Assembly (NCBI GenBank): GCA_002269645.1
Contig: NIVC01001051.1
Location: forward strand, 309,132-373,131
Reading direction: 5' to 3'
DNA length: 64,000 nt
Source of the DNA: Macrostomum lignano
Taxonomy: Eukaryota
The translations under genes and the position numbers were made by a program. Below are positions 60,001-64,000 of the stretch, piece after piece. The notes below the pieces were generated by a model. That model was given only the letters and a program-made list of their open reading frames with translations, ran no database searches and was not told where the DNA came from. Each line of letters starts with the position of its first letter. Position 1 is the stretch's first letter.

Positions 60001-60991
60001 TGCTCCAGGCCGGCCAGCAGGGTCTGCAATAGGCGGGTTCTGTTGGCATTGGCCAGCAGGGCGTGCGGCTCGTAGAATTTGCGTAGCAGGGGGACATCGC
60101 CGGCAAGGCTGGCCAGATAGGACTCGAGTAGAGACTCGCTGAGAGCCCGGAACAGCCAGGCGCGAGCTCTGCCGTGATTGGTTAGGAGGTACCTGGGCAA
60201 AGATAAGGGATTGAACGGGTACACTGCTGAGGCATGAGCCTGACTGTGCATACGTGCAAACTGAGGAATATAAGCGTAGAATGGATATTATAAGCTGTGA
60301 GGTGTGTACATTGTGTGTGTACATTGAGGGTAGAGAGGTGTGGGCGAGGGCGGAAAATTGTGTGTACATTGAGGGGTAGAGAAGTGTGGGCGAGGGCGGA
60401 AGATTGTGTGTACATTGAGGGGTAGAGAGGTGTGGGCGAGGGAGGAAAATTGTGTGTACATTGAGGGGTAGAGAGGTGTGGGCCAGGGCGGAAAATTGTG
60501 TGTACATTGAGGGGTAGAGAGGTGTGGGCCAGGGCGGAAAATTGTGTGTACATTGAGGGGTAGAGAGGTGTGGGCCAGGGCGGAAAATTGTGTGTACATT
60601 GAGGGGTAGAGAGGTGTGGGTGAGGGCGGAAAATTGTGTGTACATTGAGGGGTAGAGAGGTGTGGGTGAGGGCGGAAAATTGTGTGTACATTGAGTGGTA
60701 GAGAGGTGTGGCCTCAATGCAGGAGAATATTGGAAGGCAAAGGGCTTTAAGCTAGAGTTACCTGCTGGCTTTAATCTCCCGAATAACATCTTTATGGCTG
60801 AGCTCCACAAGCAGGTCCCAGTAGCCGCGCGACGGTGTCCTTAGGCCGTCAAGAAATACTCGATCTAGACAGTGACAGACTTTTTGCACGCAGGGATTGT
60901 CGCTGGTTAGAGCGATGCTCTCGGTGCAGATGCACTGGATCTCTTTGAGGGCGACGCTAAGCCGCTGCAAATGAGCGTCCTTGATGGACAT
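57044..60991 (-). CDS. PLEKHM2: PLEKHM2/SKIP-like RUN-domain protein, 4 exons, 845 aa
   Basis: Exons 60991-60762, 60192-58804, 58416-57765 and 57310-57044 (total 2538 nt). The RUN domain MSIKDAHLQRLSVALKEIQ...LDRVFLDGL...GYWDLL...HGRARAWLFRALSESLLESYL...RKFY...LLAGLE matches SKIP. It continues into an acidic low-complexity middle, a divergent PH-like region and a C-terminal WLICLGSAEERNRL similar to SKIP WVIYLSCTSELDRL. Confidence 0.85.
57330..57690. repeat. 33/36-bp minisatellite in PLEKHM2 intron 3
   Basis: CAGCTCAACTACAGCTATAGAATGCTCAGATTG, about 10 copies. Confidence 0.93.
58511..58700. repeat. 32-bp minisatellite in PLEKHM2 intron 2
   Basis: About 6 copies of CAACCCTCCGGAATCCCCCGCTGCCAGGCCCT. 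Confidence 0.9.
60300..60710. repeat. 46-bp minisatellite in PLEKHM2 intron 1
   Basis: About 9 copies of ATTGTGTGTACATTGAGGGGTAGAGAGGTGTGGGCCAGGGCGGAAA. Confidence 0.93.
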
Positions 60992-61172
60992 TTTCGCGTT
61001 GAGCGCGAAAAAGTGAAACAATTGTTGCTTAACCAAATTTTGCTGGCATCATGCAGTTTTATGAAAAAAACTTAAGAGTGAAAATTATGTAATACAATTT
61101 TTAATATACTGTGGTTTTGCCTACCAAATCTACCAATGTGCACGACTTAGCTCGTATAACTAACATTTTAAA

Positions 61173-61680
61173 CAGTTCAGGCCATAGACATAGCAACTAC
61201 ATCCAGACCATGAGGCACTGGCTGACCTGCTCAACAACAACAGTTCAGGCCATAGACATAGCAACTACATCCAGACCATGAGGCACTGGCTGACCTGCTC
61301 AACAACAACAGTTCAGGCCATAGACATAGCAACTGCATCCAGACCATGAGGCACTAGCTGACCTGCTCAACAACAACAGTTCAGGCCATAGACATAGCAA
61401 CTGCATCCAGACCATGAGGCACTAGCTGACCTGCTCAACAACAACAGTTCAGGCCATAGACATAGCAACTACATCCAGAACATGAGGCACTAGCTGACCT
61501 GCTCAACAACAACAGTTCAGGCCATAGACATAGCAACTGCATCCAGAACATGAGGCACTGGCTGACCTGCTCAACAACAACAGTTCAGGCCATAGACATA
61601 GCAACTACATCCAGAACATGAGGCACTGGCTGACCTGCTCAACAACAACAGCTCAGGCCATTGACATAGCAACTGCATCC
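61173..61680. repeat. 68-bp tandem repeat upstream of PLEKHM2, ~7.5 copies
   Basis: CAGTTCAGGCCATAGACATAGCAAC recurs at 61173, 61241, 61309 and onward. Confidence 0.94.
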
Positions 61681-62344
61681 GTCATTGTGAATTTAAGTAA
61701 AGAAAATACATAATACAAACTAAAACAGCTTGAAAGCCAAAAATAACTTTTATATTTATCAAAATGAAAGTGTGAAACGAAAAAAGCAATTCAGTCATCA
61801 AGTTCTAAAATAGTCTGAATTTTTTAAAAACTAAACTAGGACATGGTTATTTGATATACGAATCAATCAAGAGAATGAATACTAATCAAATGGATTAGTA
61901 ATGCAGAATGTTACATGGAATTCGCAGACCCGCACTACTAGATAAGAGCTAAGAACGAGTTAATGCAAGTATAGAAACCAATACAATGCTGTGCATACGC
62001 ATACGCTAGCAACTAAGCCAGCTGGTATCGAATCAAACGGTTAGATGAGCAGTAAAACCATCTACCTAACATTTTTTCTAAGAAATGCCGAGAAGTGTAA
62101 CTATATGACGGCGCAGTACTTGAGTACATTGACTTAATAACGGCTAGTGTTTTCATAATCTACGAGTGGTATATAGATAATAAACATGTTAATCATCATC
62201 TACTCGTAGCTAGATTTAGACTAGAAGTCAAGCAAATGTTCATTATAAAACAATCAAGCACTTCTTTGTTAAAGGCAGGTGAAAGCGCATTGAAAGCCGA
62301 TTTTAAGACTACTTCCGGTAGGTTGCATGTAATACACTAACCGA

Positions 62345-62775
62345 ACAGCTGATGAAGCAGCTGATCAAACAGCTGACCAAACAGCTGATCAAACAGCTGA
62401 TCAAACAGCTGATCAAACAGCTGACCAACACCTAATCAAACAGCTGACCAACAGCTAATCAAACAGCTGACCAACAGCTGATCAAACAGCTGACCAACAG
62501 CTGATCAAACAGCTGACCAACAGCTGATCAAACAGCTGACCAACAGCTGATCAAACAGCTGACCAACAGCTGATCAAACAGCTGACCAACAGCTGATCAA
62601 ACAGCTGACCAACAGCTGATCAAACAGCTGACTAACAGCTGATCAAACAGCTGACCAACAGCTGATCAAACAGCTGACCAACAGCTGATCAAACAGCTGA
62701 CCAACAGCTGATCAAACAGCTGACCAACAGCTGATCAAACAGCTGACCAACAGCTGATCAAACAGCTGACCAATA
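62345..62775. repeat. 23-bp (12+11) minisatellite made of CAGCTG modules
   Basis: CAGCTGATCAAA + CAGCTGACCAA, about 18 dimers. Confidence 0.95.
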
Positions 62776-63100
62776 CAGTTGATATTTTTAAGGATAAAAT
62801 GTCTTTTAAAATCGGCCCTCAAAAATATTGACAAAGTAGTTTGAAATGTGCATCACTGTTAAAAAAAGAAATTAAAAAATAATTTCCCCAAACAAAAGTC
62901 AGAACAGGATTCCAGCAGTTGAACAGCACTGCAGCTGGGCAGCCGCATCTCTGCCATAGCTGATGGGCTCCACCACTGACAGACCGGGTCTGAGATCGTC
63001 CGCGAGTAGGCCGGGGCAGTCGCCGATCTCAGCTGGAACAGCGGCGCCGAGGTCTCAGGTTCGAGCTCCATCTCGCCGCCGATCTCATTACAGTTGGCCG

Positions 63101-63202
63101 CTATTGCTGAGTCTTCAAACGAACCCTTTCGCTGGCTCGTGTGCCGAAACAGGCGATGCTCTGCAGCAGGGCGGAAACCTCCGACTCAAAGTTTACGCTG
63201 GC
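63101..63202 (-). CDS. Possible terminal exon of an upstream minus-strand gene
   Basis: A pyrimidine-rich acceptor CTCTCTCCTCACCCGCCCTTCCAG precedes ASVNFESEVSALLQSIACFGTRASERVRLKTQQ*. GC-rich, coding-like sequence continues to ~62890 in another frame, so the true frame is uncertain. Confidence 0.3.
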   Translation of the reverse strand, partial: ASVNFESEVSALLQSIACFGTRASERVRLKTQQ

Positions 63203-63304
63203 CTGGAAGGGCGGGTGAGGAGAGAGTGAATAGTTTGAATTCGCGCCAACGTGCTGAATCCGAATTCTAATAATCATTTCTAAGATTAACAAGATTCATC
63301 TCAT

Positions 63305-64000
63305 GGATTACCAATAATCCAACAGGATTACCAATAATCCAACAGAATTACCAATAATCCAACAGGATTACCAATATCCAACAGATTACCAATAATCCAA
63401 CAGGATTACCAATGATCCAACAGATTACCAATAATCCAACAGGATTACCAATGATCCAACAGAATTACCAATAATCCAACAGAATTACCAATGATCCAAC
63501 AGGATTACCAATAATCCAACAGGATTATACAATATCCAACAGGATTACCAATAATCAACAGAATTACCAATGATCCAACAGGATTACCAATGATTCAACA
63601 GGATTACCAATGATCCAACAGGATTACCAATGATCCAACAGGATTACCAATGAATCCAACAGGATTACAATGATCCAACAGGATTACCAATGATCCAACA
63701 GGATTACCAATGATCCAACAGGATTACCAATGATCCAACAGGATTACCAATGATCCAACAGGATTACCAATGATCCAACAGATTACCAATAATCCAACAG
63801 GATTACCAATAATCAACAGGATTACCAATAATCCAACAGGATTACCAATAATCCAACAGGATTACCAATGATCCAACAGGATTACCAAATGATCCAACAG
63901 GATTACCAATGATCCAACAGATCACCAATATCCAACAGGATTACAATATCCAACAGACCACATAATCCAACAGGATTACCAATAATCCAACAGGATTACC
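63305..64000. repeat. 20-bp minisatellite (GGATTACCAATAATCCAACA) running off the window
   Basis: Units contain GGATTA-CCAA-TAATCC. Many single-base indels suggest lower consensus accuracy here. Confidence 0.93.

Overview
Eukaryotic, intron-rich animal DNA. GC-rich exons, AT-rich spacers and a private minisatellite in almost every larger intron suggest a Macrostomum-like flatworm; this species assignment is inference only. Seven complete protein-coding genes can be assembled by hand with GT-AG junctions and consistent phases: MEK1/2 (+, 5935-8743), KCNQ1 (+, 12381-23728), HYI (+, 25733-27289), a FaNaC-like DEG/ENaC channel (-, 37726-42711), LRRC6/DNAAF11 (+, 45861-50480), a probably inactive alpha/beta-hydrolase-fold protein (-, 52313-54167) and PLEKHM2/SKIP (-, 57044-60991). 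There is possibly a terminal exon of an eighth gene near 63.1 kb. Mobile DNA includes a decayed hAT transposase, a candidate solo LTR, a tRNA-derived SINE, two MITE/foldback elements and a 5'-truncated RNase H-bearing non-LTR retrotransposon inserted into a near-perfect 15-bp tandem array. The strongest hunt result: two genes (HYI and the hydrolase-like gene) have no in-frame ATG of their own. Each begins in phase 0 exactly at a splice acceptor, and each is the downstream member of a co-oriented gene pair. This fits operon-like transcription with the start codon donated by the AUG-terminated flatworm spliced leader; formal cis-exon alternatives exist and are given. Other notable items: two identical perfect RFX X-boxes inside one coding exon in different frames, minisatellites seeded exactly at splice donors and a stop codon, and a KCNQ1 with human-identical exon sizes but a PAG-to-PSG gate and a 23-Gln linker. 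Most long ORFs in the supplied track are tandem-repeat artefacts.
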